A stretch of 64,000 nucleotides of DNA from an uncultured Thermoleophilia bacterium (GTDB taxonomy: Bacteria > Actinomycetota > Thermoleophilia > UBA2241), in the NCBI GenBank assembly GCA_964533575.1, contig CAZHMG010000006.1, forward strand, positions 51-64,050, read 5' to 3'. The position numbers and the translations under genes were made by a program. Below the pieces are notes generated by a model that had not been told where the DNA came from, did not search any database, and was given only the letters and a program-made list of their open reading frames with translations. This document shows positions 35,941 through 45,554 of the stretch, piece after piece. Position 1 is the stretch's first letter. Each line of letters starts with the position of its first letter.

Positions 35941-36028
35941 GAGAGATCTCGCTTTCGCTAAAACACTACGAGGACAGTGGATATAGTAGCGTACGGCGAA
36001 GCAGTCGGCCATTGGTGTCGATCGTGGC

Positions 36029-37438
36029 TCAAGCCCGCGTTCTCCCGACAGCGACTCTGTCGAGAGTCGCGGACAGCTCCTCTCGTGTCGATGTGGAGAG
36101 GGCGAATTCACGCGGAGCCTCAACGAGCTCGCGCGTCCGCTCCCGCAGGCGCTCGCCGAGCGTCCGGCTGCCGGCCGCTTCCCAGCGATCGTAGACGGTG
36201 TGATCGAAGAGCCGGGTGTGCCAGAAGTCGCGGAGATGCCGCCGTGTGTATTTGGTGGCGAGGTGGTTGCCGCCTGGTCCAACGGCGGCAATCTCGCCCA
36301 GCGCCAGCGCTTCGTCGTCCAGTGAGACTTCCTGCATGAAGGCACGGGTCCAGCCCACCAGCTCGGCGCCCAGGACGATGCTCTCGTGCGAACTCTGCAA
36401 ACCCGACTCCATGTAGCCGACATCGTGCAACAACGTGCCCCTGGATAGCCCGCCGGCCAAGGCCGTCAAGGCGGCCTCAAGCGCCCACTGCTCGTCGAGA
36501 CCCTTGGCGTCGCCGCAGGCGGCGTAGTTGAAGCTCGGCAGCCCGTAGTGATGAGCCATGTCGCAGCCGAGTTGCTGGGCCAGAAACGGCTCCGGCGCGG
36601 CGTAGACCTCGGTGCCCGTACTCATGTCGATTGCGCCGGCGCCGGCGCCGTAGATGAACGGCGCGCCGGGGTTGACGTACTGGTGCAGGACGAGGCCGCT
36701 CAGCACCTCGGCGTTGCCGACGACGACCGCTGCCGCCACCGATCTCGGGGCGGTCGTGCCGCAGTTCGGCGCCGGGGCGTAGATGAGCGGCACCTGCAGC
36801 TCCGCGCAGCGCACGACCTTGCTCAAGGCGTCCCGGTCGTGCATGAGCGGCGGGGAGGGCATGGCGTAGATGGCGATGCTCTCGCGTTCGCCGCACGCGC
36901 CGGCCATGCCGACGAGATCGTCCAGCACGTCGCCGTCCCTGGGCGCCACGATGAGCGGCTTACCGGTCCCCGCCAGCATGGCCGCCACCGGCGCGAGGTC
37001 ATCGACCGCGAGCGGGACGTCCTCCGGCAAGCCCATCGACATGACGAAGTCCAGCTGTGGAAGCTTCTCCGTCAGAGCCGCCATCGACTCGATATCGTCC
37101 ATGCGCGCGCGCCGCCGCCGCCCGGTCACCAGGTCCTGATGGTAGAGGCAGTCAGAGCCGGTTCCATAGAACACGTTGCCGTCGGCCAGTTCGAGGACTT
37201 CATCCCGGCCACGAGACTTGAGCATCCATCGCGAGGGCGAGCTGCGCAGTGCATCGTCCACGAGCTCACCGTTCAGACGGACTCGATCGCCGTCCACTTG
37301 CGCTCCAAGCGCGCGGAAGAGATCCCGGCCCTCGTCCCAGTGGACCGCCACGCCGACCTCCGACAACACCTGCAGGGTCGCCTCGTGCACTCGCGCGCAC
37401 GCGGCATCGTCCCAGACCCTCAGAAACGCGCTGTACAT
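36029..37438 (-). CDS. Trimethylamine methyltransferase (MttB) superfamily protein, non-pyrrolysine
   Basis: VHEATLQVLSEVGV, TAPRSVAAAVV.GNAEVL, GLP, DAK..D.Q..E, LHDVGYMESGL..S.E, FL..T..H-like end. No internal TAG. Confidence 0.88.
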   Translation of the reverse strand: MYSAFLRVWDDAACARVHEATLQVLSEVGVAVHWDEGRDLFRALGAQVDGDRVRLNGELVDDALRSSPSRWMLKSRGRDEVLELADGNVFYGTGSDCLYHQDLVTGRRRRARMDDIESMAALTEKLPQLDFVMSMGLPEDVPLAVDDLAPVAAMLAGTGKPLIVAPRDGDVLDDLVGMAGACGERESIAIYAMPSPPLMHDRDALSKVVRCAELQVPLIYAPAPNCGTTAPRSVAAAVVVGNAEVLSGLVLHQYVNPGAPFIYGAGAGAIDMSTGTEVYAAPEPFLAQQLGCDMAHHYGLPSFNYAACGDAKGLDEQWALEAALTALAGGLSRGTLLHDVGYMESGLQSSHESIVLGAELVGWTRAFMQEVSLDDEALALGEIAAVGPGGNHLATKYTRRHLRDFWHTRLFDHTVYDRWEAAGSRTLGERLRERTRELVEAPREFALSTSTREELSATLDRVAVGRTRA

Positions 37439-37671
37439 ACAAATCCCCCCTGGCGGGCCGAATGCCTTGCTCTTGTCGAATGTCCGTTATGGAGCGGCAC
37501 CTGGTTCGTCTGCCGTGAACCCCTTACGGAGCCGATTCTGCTGCCGCCCGGCGCAGGGGGTCAACCTGTGGACGGAAGGACGATGCACGGATGGTCCTAT
37601 CCGTGGACGAGCGCCGTTGCTAGACTCGTTTGCGATCGAAGGGTCTGCACGGGAATGACAGGGGGATCGAG

Positions 37672-38244
37672 GTGGGCAAGCAGAAGAAGGGGAAGAAGAA
37701 AGCCGGTCGTCCTGCCGCTCTCGCAGAGGCAAGGCCGATTCCGGATGCGGTCGACGAGATTGTTGCCGAGTGGCGGCAAATGCATCCCGACCTCGACGTG
37801 AGCGCGATCGCCGTCGTCTCGCGGATCAACCGGCTCGCGGCGCGCTTTTCGCAGGCGCTGGAGGAGACCTGCGAGGGGTCCGGGCTCACGAGGGCCGGCT
37901 ACGAGGCTCTCGCCGCCTTGGCGAGGGCCGGCGGGTCGAGCGGTCTCTCCCAGACCCAGCTGATGCGCGCATTGGCGCTCAGCCCAGGCACGGTGAGCGT
38001 ACGCGTCTCACGCCTCGTGCAGGAAGGGCTCGTCTCGCGGGCAAGGGATCCTGAGAATCCGCGAGGCGTGATCGTGACCCTCACCAGAGAGGGTGCGGCA
38101 GCCTTCGAGCACGCCCTCGGCTCCCATGTCGACACGCAGCGGCAGCTTCTCGAGGCGCTCAACGGTTCCGAGCGGGAAACGCTCGCTGATCTGCTGCGCC
38201 GGCTGCTGGAGCCAGTTCATTCTCCCGCGCACGGGGTACAGTAG
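37672..38244 (+). CDS. MarR-family regulator (TamR/PecS/UrtR-like N-terminal helix)
   Basis: DAVDEIVAEW..HPDLD, LSPGTVSVRVSRL..GLV.R..DP.NPRG. GTG 37672 follows a G-rich RBS. TGcTAGACT extended -10 at 37618-37626. Confidence 0.85.
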   Translation: MGKQKKGKKKAGRPAALAEARPIPDAVDEIVAEWRQMHPDLDVSAIAVVSRINRLAARFSQALEETCEGSGLTRAGYEALAALARAGGSSGLSQTQLMRALALSPGTVSVRVSRLVQEGLVSRARDPENPRGVIVTLTREGAAAFEHALGSHVDTQRQLLEALNGSERETLADLLRRLLEPVHSPAHGVQ

Positions 38245-38306
38245 CAGGAGGCTGCGGGGGGAGCTGTCTCCACGGCCGGTTCATCCGCGGCGGTCAGGAG
38301 GCCTGA

Positions 38307-40007
38307 ATGGATTCGTTCTCGGTGCTCGTCGGCGGAAGGGCGGGCGACGGGATCGTCGAAGCCGGCAGGACGATCGCCTACGTCCTGAACCAGCTCGGGT
38401 ACTCCCTCTACCAGCATATTGATTCGCCGTCGCTGATCCGGGGCGGACACAACTTCGTCATCGTGCGCGCTCACCGCCGTCACATCGGCGCTCATCGGGA
38501 TCATGTGAACGTGCTGATTGCGTTCAATCAGGAAACCGTCGACAGACACGAATGGCGGCTCAAGGACGAGCCGGTCGTCGTGTACGACAGCGAGTCGGTC
38601 GATGGCTCGAGTCTTCCGCCACGAGCGCATGCCGGATGCACGGGCGTTCCGGTCAAGGCCATCCTGCGCGAGGAAGACGCGCTCCCTGTCATGCGCAACT
38701 CGGTCATTCTGGGCGCGTTCTGCAAAGCGCTCGCGATCCCGTGGGCGGTGCTGGAAGAAGTGATGATCCGGCATCAGCCCAAAGGGACCGAGCTGAACCT
38801 CAAGGTCGCCCGGCGCGGGTACGACGTCGCCGCCGAAAAGCTCGTCATCCACCTGCCGGGAGGACCGCCGCGGCCCATCATGGCGGGACTGGAAGCCATG
38901 GGCCTCGGCCTCATTGAGGCCGGTCTGAGGGCGTACGCAGGCTACCCGATGACGCCGACCTCCGGTCTCCTGCACTTCTTGGCTGAGCAGGCGCCACGGT
39001 TCCGGCTCAAGGTCTACCAGCCGGAAGGTGAGATTGCGGTGATGCTGATGGCTCTGGGCCATGCCTACGCCGGCGAACGCGTTGCGGTCGGCACGTCAGG
39101 CGGCGGCTTCTCCCTCATGGTCGAGGGGCTGAGCCTTGCCGGGCAGGCGGAGCTCCCCATCGTCATCGTGCTCGGGCAACGGCCCGGTCCGAGCACCGGC
39201 CTTCCGACCTACACCGCCCAAGGGGACCTCGACTTCGCGATCAGCGCCGGTCAGGGAGAGTTCCCGCGCGCTGTGATCGCGCCGGCCGATGTCGAGCAAG
39301 CTTATGCATGGAGCAGACTCGGGCTGGACCTCGCATGGCGTTACCAGCTCCCCGTCATCATGCTCGGCGACCGGACGCTGAACGACAATGCGCAGAGCTT
39401 CGACGGCGAGGAGGTTCCGCAGCTCCCGCGCCTGCAGCAGGTGGACTGGGACGGCACGGCGGCGGACGAGGAGGTGGATCTCGCCTATAGACGCTATGCG
39501 ATCACCGCCGATGGCGTGTCACCCCTCGCGTTTCCCGGACGCGGAGGCGCCGTCGTGAAGGGCAACAGCTACACGCATGACGAGTGGGGGATCACGACGG
39601 AGGACCCGGGAATGACGATGCGCATGCAGGAGAAGTGGCTGCGAAAGGCAGCCGCCATGGCCGACGAGCTTGAGGGTCTGACGCTCGTGAACGTGTATGG
39701 AGACCCGGGAGCGTCCTCGGCTGTGGTGACGTGGGGCTCGCCGACGGGCGCCTTGCGCGAGATCGGCGAGCTGTCCGGCATTCGAGTGGTCCAGCCGGTC
39801 GTGCTGTGGCCCTTCCCTGCCAAGCAACTGCGCCGGGCGCTCGAGGGATGCAAGCGCGTGGCTGTGGCGGAAGTCAACGCGACCGGGCAGCTTGCCGGCC
39901 TCATGGAGCGCAACGGATTCAAGGTCGACGCCCGACTGAACCGGTACGACGGAAGACCGTGGCCGGTCGGCGAGCTCAAATGGCGCGTCGAGGAGGTGCT
40001 GGCATGA
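38307..40007 (+). CDS. 2-oxoacid:ferredoxin oxidoreductase alpha subunit (gamma-alpha fusion)
   Basis: GG.AGDGI, SLIRGGHN, YAGYPMTP, TSGGGFSLM.E, QRPGPSTGLPT, VAEVNATGQL. Confidence 0.92.
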   Translation: MDSFSVLVGGRAGDGIVEAGRTIAYVLNQLGYSLYQHIDSPSLIRGGHNFVIVRAHRRHIGAHRDHVNVLIAFNQETVDRHEWRLKDEPVVVYDSESVDGSSLPPRAHAGCTGVPVKAILREEDALPVMRNSVILGAFCKALAIPWAVLEEVMIRHQPKGTELNLKVARRGYDVAAEKLVIHLPGGPPRPIMAGLEAMGLGLIEAGLRAYAGYPMTPTSGLLHFLAEQAPRFRLKVYQPEGEIAVMLMALGHAYAGERVAVGTSGGGFSLMVEGLSLAGQAELPIVIVLGQRPGPSTGLPTYTAQGDLDFAISAGQGEFPRAVIAPADVEQAYAWSRLGLDLAWRYQLPVIMLGDRTLNDNAQSFDGEEVPQLPRLQQVDWDGTAADEEVDLAYRRYAITADGVSPLAFPGRGGAVVKGNSYTHDEWGITTEDPGMTMRMQEKWLRKAAAMADELEGLTLVNVYGDPGASSAVVTWGSPTGALREIGELSGIRVVQPVVLWPFPAKQLRRALEGCKRVAVAEVNATGQLAGLMERNGFKVDARLNRYDGRPWPVGELKWRVEEVLA

Positions 40008-40849
40008 GACCTCTGGACACCTATGCCGAGAATACCTGGTGCCCTGGGTGCGGCGACTTCGCCATTCTCAACGCGATCAAGGCGGTCTTCCGGCAGCTGA
40101 TCGAGGAGGGCACGCCTCATGAGAATATCGTCCTCGTCTCGGACATCGGGTGCGCCGGGAAGATCATGGACTACGTGGGAGTCAACAGCTTCGACTCGCT
40201 GCATGGCCGCTCTGTTCCCACCGCTCAAGGGATCAAGCTCGCCAACGCCGATCTCAAGGTGGTCGTGCACGTCGGCGACGGTGGCGCCTATGCGGAGGGG
40301 CTCGAACACATGATGTTCGCCGCCAAACGCAACACCGACATCACGGTGATAGTCCACAACAACGGCGTGTACGGCCTGACGGTGGGCCAAGCAGGACCGA
40401 TGACGCCCCCCGGCTTCACTGGTCGCTCGACTCCGTACGGGAGCGAGACAGCGCCCTTCAATCCCCTCGACCTGCTGTGGACGGCAGGGGCCTCCTGGCT
40501 GGCCCGTGGATACACGCACGGCATCGATCTGCTCAAGCATCTGTTTCGGGAAGCGATTCTGCATCCCGGATTCAGCGTGGTCGACACCCTTCAGGTATGC
40601 GTCACCTTCCGCAATATGTACCAGTGGTACAACGACCGTGTCTATGAGCTCGAGGGACATGACCCCCGGGACGAGCGGCAGGCGCTCGCCAAGATCCGCG
40701 AGTGGGACTACATGTCCGACGGGCCTGTGGCGCTGGGCGTCATGGCCGTGCGTGATCTGCCGATGTTCGGTGCCGAATTCGCCAAGTACGAGCCGGGTCT
40801 CGTCGACGTCGAGGCGGAGGTGAAGGCGGTCATCGACGGGCTGATCTGA
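40004..40849 (+). CDS. 2-oxoacid:ferredoxin oxidoreductase beta subunit
   Basis: TWCPGCGDF, SDIGC, LHGR, GDGG.YAEG, NNGVYGLT.GQ, QVCVTF. ATGA overlap at 40004. Confidence 0.92.
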   Translation: MRPLDTYAENTWCPGCGDFAILNAIKAVFRQLIEEGTPHENIVLVSDIGCAGKIMDYVGVNSFDSLHGRSVPTAQGIKLANADLKVVVHVGDGGAYAEGLEHMMFAAKRNTDITVIVHNNGVYGLTVGQAGPMTPPGFTGRSTPYGSETAPFNPLDLLWTAGASWLARGYTHGIDLLKHLFREAILHPGFSVVDTLQVCVTFRNMYQWYNDRVYELEGHDPRDERQALAKIREWDYMSDGPVALGVMAVRDLPMFGAEFAKYEPGLVDVEAEVKAVIDGLI

Positions 40850-40949
40850 GCGAAGGCCAGGAGCGTCATGATGCCGTCGCGGTTGCGGCGATCGGACGTC
40901 CGGCTCAGCGTCTCGGGTGTCGACGCGCCGACCCTCGCCCGGCCCTCGA

Positions 40950-40978
40950 TTGACCGCCGCATGCCACGGTTGTAGCCT
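40950..40978 (+). promoter_or_regulatory. Promoter of the cob operon
   Basis: TTGACC-17 nt-TAGCCT directly upstream of the riboswitch. Confidence 0.65.
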
Positions 40979-40982
40979 TCAT

Positions 40983-41122
40983 GCGTTGTCTCTCAGCCGC
41001 TGGGAAGCCGGTGCAATGCCGGCGCTGCCCCGCAACTGTAGGCGCGGACGACCGCCGCACTCAGCCACTGTCATCGGACGGGAAGGCGCGGCCAGTAGGA
41101 CGAAGCGCGAGCCAGGACACCA
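40983..41122 (+). ncRNA. Cobalamin (B12) riboswitch
   Basis: GGGAA-GCCGGTGCAATGCCGGC-GCTGCCCCGCAACTGTA ... GCCACTG ... GGGAAGGCG ... AGCCAGGACACC. It sits upstream of corrinoid genes. Confidence 0.92.
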
Positions 41123-41165
41123 TGGCTGGGGGAGCATCGCGACAGAGCCTCGAGGGAGGGCTGCG

Positions 41166-41906
41166 GTGGGATTCGAGGATCGACTCATCCTCGTCACGGG
41201 CGGGGCCCGTAGCGGCAAGAGCAGGTATGCCGAACGGCTCACCGCCATGGTGGCGGAAGGGGCACAGGGTTCCCGCGACGGGGTGATAGAGCCATGCCGC
41301 GTCGTCTACCTGGCGACGTCCGAAACGAACGACGAGGAGATGGCGGCGCGCGTCGCCGCTCATCGTGCGTCCCGCCCTGCAGGCTGGACAACTGTCGAAT
41401 GCCCGGTCGAGGTGCCGGCAGCGCTGCGCGCCGAGACGGCCACACGGGGTCCTGCCGTCTTCCTGCTCGACTGCGTAACCTTCTGGGTGAGCAATCTCAT
41501 CTTCGCCGGTGGCGACCTTGGCGGGACGGACCCTGGCGAGGACTTCAACTACGACAAGTCCCTGCTGACGGCGCGGCAGGAGACGGAAGCGGCCAGCCGG
41601 GTGGAGCACGCCGTCGACGATCTGCTTGCGGCGCTCTCCGGCACCGGATCCACGCTGATCGCGGTGTCCAATGAAGTCGGCCTCGGCGTCGTCCCGGAGT
41701 ATCCTCTCGCGCGTCTCTATCGAGACCAGCTGGGCTGGGTGAACCAGCGCCTGGCACTCGAGGCCGAGCATGTCTACTTTCTCGTTTCTGGCCTGCCGCT
41801 CGACGTGAAACTGCTGGCGGCGCCGCTTTCCTCGCCGTCGCGGACGGCCGTCCGGCTCCGTTCGACCGAATCCCTCCCCCGACCCTCGTCCAAGGAGACC
41901 CAGTGA
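41166..41906 (+). CDS. cobU: Adenosylcobinamide kinase/adenosylcobinamide-phosphate guanylyltransferase
   Basis: LVTGGARSGKS.YAE, YLATS, EM..RV..HR, LLDCVT, VSNEVGLG, RDQLG.VNQ. GTG 41166 after GAGGGAGG. Confidence 0.93.
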   Translation: MGFEDRLILVTGGARSGKSRYAERLTAMVAEGAQGSRDGVIEPCRVVYLATSETNDEEMAARVAAHRASRPAGWTTVECPVEVPAALRAETATRGPAVFLLDCVTFWVSNLIFAGGDLGGTDPGEDFNYDKSLLTARQETEAASRVEHAVDDLLAALSGTGSTLIAVSNEVGLGVVPEYPLARLYRDQLGWVNQRLALEAEHVYFLVSGLPLDVKLLAAPLSSPSRTAVRLRSTESLPRPSSKETQ

Positions 41907-42988
41907 TCTCGCCGCTTGAGCACACCATCAGTCAGATCCGGCCGCTGGATGCCGAGGCAATGCAAGCGGCGGAGGCGCGACAGATGCAGCTCACCAAGCC
42001 CCCGAGGGCGCTTGGGCGTCTGGAATCGCTCTCCATCCGCCTTGCCGGCATCAAGGCGGTGCCGCTACCGAGAATCGAACACAAGGCCATCGCCGTCATG
42101 GCCGCGGACCACGGCGTCACCGCGGAAGGCGTGAGCGCTTTCCCGCCCGAGGTGACCCCCGCGATGGTGCTGAACTTCGCTGCCGGCGGGGCCGCCATCA
42201 ACGTGATCGGGCGCCACGTGGGTGCGCGCGTGATCGTCACGGATGTCGGCGTGAACGCCGATCTGTCCGGCACGCGCGGGGTTCGTCACAGGAAGATCCG
42301 TATGGGGACAGCCAACATGGCCGATGGTCCGGCGATGACGCGCGACGAGTGTCTCGCGGCAATCGCCGTCGGCATGGAGCTCGTCGAGGAGGAGGTGGCT
42401 GAGGGCCTCGACATCATCGCGACGGGTGAGATGGGCATCGGGAATACAACCGCAGCCTCCGCCGTGATCGCTGCTCTCACCAGCGCGCCAGTCGCACTGG
42501 TGACAGGACGCGGAACCGGCATCAGCGCGGAGGCATTGCCCGCGAAGGTGGCCGTCATCGAGCGGGCGCTCGCCGTGAATCAGCCAGATGCCGGCGACCC
42601 GGTCGACGTGCTCGCCAAGGTCGGCGGGCTGGAGATCGCCGCCATGACGGGCGTGTTCCTCGGTGGTGCCGCCCATCGAACGCCGGTCATCATGGACGGC
42701 TTCATCAGCGCGGCCGCCGCATTGGCGGCCGTCCGCCTTTGTCACGAATGCGTCGACTACATTCTCCCCAGCCACGTGAGCATCGAGATCGGGCATCAGG
42801 TAGTGCTTGACGAACTTGGCCTGACGCCCCTCTTCGATCTGCAGATGCGCCTCGGCGAGGGCACCGGCGCAGCCCTCTCGATGAGCATCATCGAGGCCGC
42901 GGCCCGCATCCTTGCCGATATGGCGACGTTTGAAAGCGCCGGAGTGGCAGGCGATCCGAACGCGGTCCACGCAGAACTCCGCAGCTGA
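41903..42988 (+). CDS. cobT: Nicotinate-nucleotide--dimethylbenzimidazole phosphoribosyltransferase
   Basis: LTKP..ALGRLE, AADHGV, GGAAIN, GEMGIGNTT, GRGTG, DGFIS, MRLGEGTGA. Confidence 0.95.
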   Translation: MISPLEHTISQIRPLDAEAMQAAEARQMQLTKPPRALGRLESLSIRLAGIKAVPLPRIEHKAIAVMAADHGVTAEGVSAFPPEVTPAMVLNFAAGGAAINVIGRHVGARVIVTDVGVNADLSGTRGVRHRKIRMGTANMADGPAMTRDECLAAIAVGMELVEEEVAEGLDIIATGEMGIGNTTAASAVIAALTSAPVALVTGRGTGISAEALPAKVAVIERALAVNQPDAGDPVDVLAKVGGLEIAAMTGVFLGGAAHRTPVIMDGFISAAAALAAVRLCHECVDYILPSHVSIEIGHQVVLDELGLTPLFDLQMRLGEGTGAALSMSIIEAAARILADMATFESAGVAGDPNAVHAELRS

Positions 42989-43006
42989 AGCGCCCTGCCG
43001 CGGTCA

Positions 43007-43858
43007 ATGGAGGACGGCGCCGAGAATATGCGACCAGACGGGCTCGACAGCGGAGCCGCGCCCGCGCATGAGTGGGCCGGCGGCCGCGTCAGACACGCCA
43101 CCCTCGCGGTTACGTTTCTGACCGGCATTCCGCTGCGGCAGCGAGGCGAGTCGCGTCCTGCCGACCTGTGGCGCAGCATGGGCTGGTACCCGCTCGTGGG
43201 CCTGATGCTCGGCGCCGCGGCATGGGGAGCCTACTCGATCCTCATCGTGATTCTGCCGGGCCTGGTGGCCGCCGCCACCGTGGTTCTTCTGCTCGAGGTC
43301 GTCACGCGCGGCCTGCACATGGATGGGCTCATGGACACGGCGGACGGTCTGTTCAGCGGTGCACCCCGTGATCGCGCTCTGGAAATCATGAAGGACAGCC
43401 ACGCCGGCGCCATGGGCGTTCTCGCTGCGATCCTGGTCGTCACGCTGAAGATCACAGCCTTGGGCTCGCTGGCCGGTCCGGACGCCGCGCTTCCCCTGAT
43501 CGCGGGGTGGGCGATTGCGCGAGCGCTGCCCCCGCTGGACGTGTACATTTGGCCGTATGCGAGGCCGGCTGGCACTGGTGAGGCTTTCACCAGGGAGCGG
43601 ACACTGGGCCCGGTCGCGCTGGCAGGTGGGTTCGTCGCGCTCGCGCTCGTTCTGGCCGGGGTCCTGGCCTCGGGGATCGGTGGCGCGGGCAGCTGGTGGG
43701 GCGGGATTGTCATGGCGGGGGCGTGTCTTGCGGTGGTCCTCGGCGTGCATGTCGTCGTCGCGAAGCGCCTCGGTGGCTTGACTGGCGACGTCTACGGCAT
43801 GGGCGTCACGCTGGCCGAGACGATCGCGCTCGTTGTCGGTTGCGCTCTGGCGCAGTGA
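43007..43858 (+). CDS. cobS: Adenosylcobinamide-GDP ribazoletransferase (cobalamin synthase)
   Basis: FLT.IP, TRGLHMDGLMDTADG, IMKDS.AGAMG, GGLTGDVYG. The start may be ATG 43028. Confidence 0.93.
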   Translation: MEDGAENMRPDGLDSGAAPAHEWAGGRVRHATLAVTFLTGIPLRQRGESRPADLWRSMGWYPLVGLMLGAAAWGAYSILIVILPGLVAAATVVLLLEVVTRGLHMDGLMDTADGLFSGAPRDRALEIMKDSHAGAMGVLAAILVVTLKITALGSLAGPDAALPLIAGWAIARALPPLDVYIWPYARPAGTGEAFTRERTLGPVALAGGFVALALVLAGVLASGIGGAGSWWGGIVMAGACLAVVLGVHVVVAKRLGGLTGDVYGMGVTLAETIALVVGCALAQ

Positions 43859-43875
43859 CGTCAGGAAGGGACGGG

Positions 43876-44607
43876 ATGAGACTCTATCTTGTGAGGCACG
43901 GAGCCTCGACGGGAAACACTCCGGGGAATCTTCTCGGGCATGCGCCTCATCCGCTCACTCCCGTCGGTATGGTCCAAGCCCGCGCCGTGGCCGCGCGTTT
44001 GGCGCCGCTGGGACCGATGCCGGTCTATTGCAGCGACCTTCTGCGGGCGCGCCAGACCGCGGAGTGCATCGCCGCCGTGTGGCCGTCCGCGTTGCCGGGA
44101 GAAGCGGACGGCGTCGCTGTTCTGCCCTTGGACGACCCAAGACTTCGGGAGCTCGACCTCGGCCGTTTCGAGGGACGCTCGTGGGACGAGTTCCTCGGCG
44201 ACGAGGAGTTGAATGCGGCGATGATCGCCGACCCGCTTCACACTGCGTTGCCTGGCGGCGAGTCACTGGCGCAGATGAAGGAGCGCGTCCTCGCAGCGAT
44301 CGACGACATCGTCGCCCGTCACGCCGCTGAGGCCGGCACACCTCCGCCCTCGACGCGGGCTTCGGTTCCGCTCGGTGCTCTCACTCCGGCCGGGTCTGAT
44401 GTCGCGGTCTGTGTCGTCGCTCACGACGGCCCCCTCAGAGTCATCCTGAACCACTTCCTTGGGGTGCTGCCCGAGAAGTGGTGGGCGCTGACGACAACGC
44501 ACGGAGGCCTTTCGATGCTCGAGTGGTCGAACGGCTGGGTGAACGTCCGCTTCGTGAACGGGACCAGCCACCTTGCAGGTGTCGGCGGGAAGACCAGCTC
44601 GTCATGA
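43876..44607 (+). CDS. cobC: Histidine phosphatase, probable alpha-ribazole phosphatase
   Basis: LYLVRHG, SDLLRARQTA, LRELDLG.FEG, PGGES, VAHDG. Located inside the cob operon. Confidence 0.8.
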   Translation: MRLYLVRHGASTGNTPGNLLGHAPHPLTPVGMVQARAVAARLAPLGPMPVYCSDLLRARQTAECIAAVWPSALPGEADGVAVLPLDDPRLRELDLGRFEGRSWDEFLGDEELNAAMIADPLHTALPGGESLAQMKERVLAAIDDIVARHAAEAGTPPPSTRASVPLGALTPAGSDVAVCVVAHDGPLRVILNHFLGVLPEKWWALTTTHGGLSMLEWSNGWVNVRFVNGTSHLAGVGGKTSSS

Positions 44608-45551
44608 TGCTCGCGCCGTACGATTGGCCGATGGCGCTTGCGATGGTGCTGCTCGCAGGCGTGCTCGACGTCGCCTTTGGCGAACCGCCGGCCCGTCTTC
44701 ATCCCGTGGTCTGGCTGGGGCGGCTGATCGGCGCCATCGAAGCGCGGCGGCCGCACTGCAGGCCGCGCCAGGAGCTTGCCTACGGCGTCCTCATCGTGGT
44801 CGTCGTGGTTTCCGTCTCCGTCGCCGCGGGCCTGTTGCTCGTCGTCGTGATGAGGTGGCTGCCGTGGTTCTTTGCGCTACCGCTGGGCGCCGTCATTCTC
44901 AAGACCACCTTCTCCCTCCGAGGGCTGGTCGCGGCGGCCAACGAGGTACGGCGCGCCCTCGTCGGCGACCTCGACGCTGCTCGTGCCAGCCTTGTCGCGC
45001 TGGTGAGCCGGGACCGCGAGCTGGACTCCCCAGGCATCGTCTCTGCCACTGTCGAATCTCTTGCGGAGAACCTCGTCGACAGCGTCGTCTCGCCGTTGCT
45101 GTACTTCGCGCTGTTCGGTCTGCCGGGAGCGCTTGCTTACCGCGCCGTCAACACGATGGACGCGATGATCGGCTACCGGGGCGAGTACGAGTTCGTCGGC
45201 AAAGCGGCAGCGCGTTCGGATGACGTCCTCAACTGGATCCCGGCGCGCCTCACGGGGCTGCTGCTCGTGGCCTTGGCCTCGGTGCGTGGCACGGCGCGGA
45301 TCGCATGGACAACACTGCGCAGCCAGCGGCATCTCTCCGACAGCCCGAACAAGCTCTGGACGATTGCCCCGATGGCAGGCGCCCTGCGGGTGCGGCTGTG
45401 TCGCCCCGGATCGTATGCGGTCGGTCAACCCGTTCGTCCCCTCACCACAGCCGTCATCGGCGAGGCGGCTGCCTTGGTCTGGGCTGGCGGCGGGATCGTC
45501 ATCAGCGCCGCCGCCGCGCTCTCCGCCTTCGTCGCTTGGGCAGTGTGGTGA
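44604..45551 (+). CDS. cbiB: Adenosylcobinamide-phosphate synthase
   Basis: D..FGEPP..LHPVVWLG, ARASL..LVSRD, ESLAEN..D, YRAVNTMDAMIGY, DD.LNWIPARL, SPN. Confidence 0.93.
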   Translation: MMLAPYDWPMALAMVLLAGVLDVAFGEPPARLHPVVWLGRLIGAIEARRPHCRPRQELAYGVLIVVVVVSVSVAAGLLLVVVMRWLPWFFALPLGAVILKTTFSLRGLVAAANEVRRALVGDLDAARASLVALVSRDRELDSPGIVSATVESLAENLVDSVVSPLLYFALFGLPGALAYRAVNTMDAMIGYRGEYEFVGKAAARSDDVLNWIPARLTGLLLVALASVRGTARIAWTTLRSQRHLSDSPNKLWTIAPMAGALRVRLCRPGSYAVGQPVRPLTTAVIGEAAALVWAGGGIVISAAAALSAFVAWAVW

Positions 45552-45554
45552 TCG

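Noticed and set aside
35941-36423. N-terminal extension of the Fe-S protein in the ORF track; similar extensions at 20594-20755, 39731-40003, 40917-41165, 43696-43875, 54511-55074 and 27797-27931
   Set aside because: They overlap neighbouring genes or the riboswitch. Internal starts have an RBS or stop-start overlaps and match where the family sequence begins.
36029-37438. Pyrrolysine (TAG) read-through in mttB
   Set aside because: The ORF is continuous with no TAG; the equivalent codon encodes Cys.
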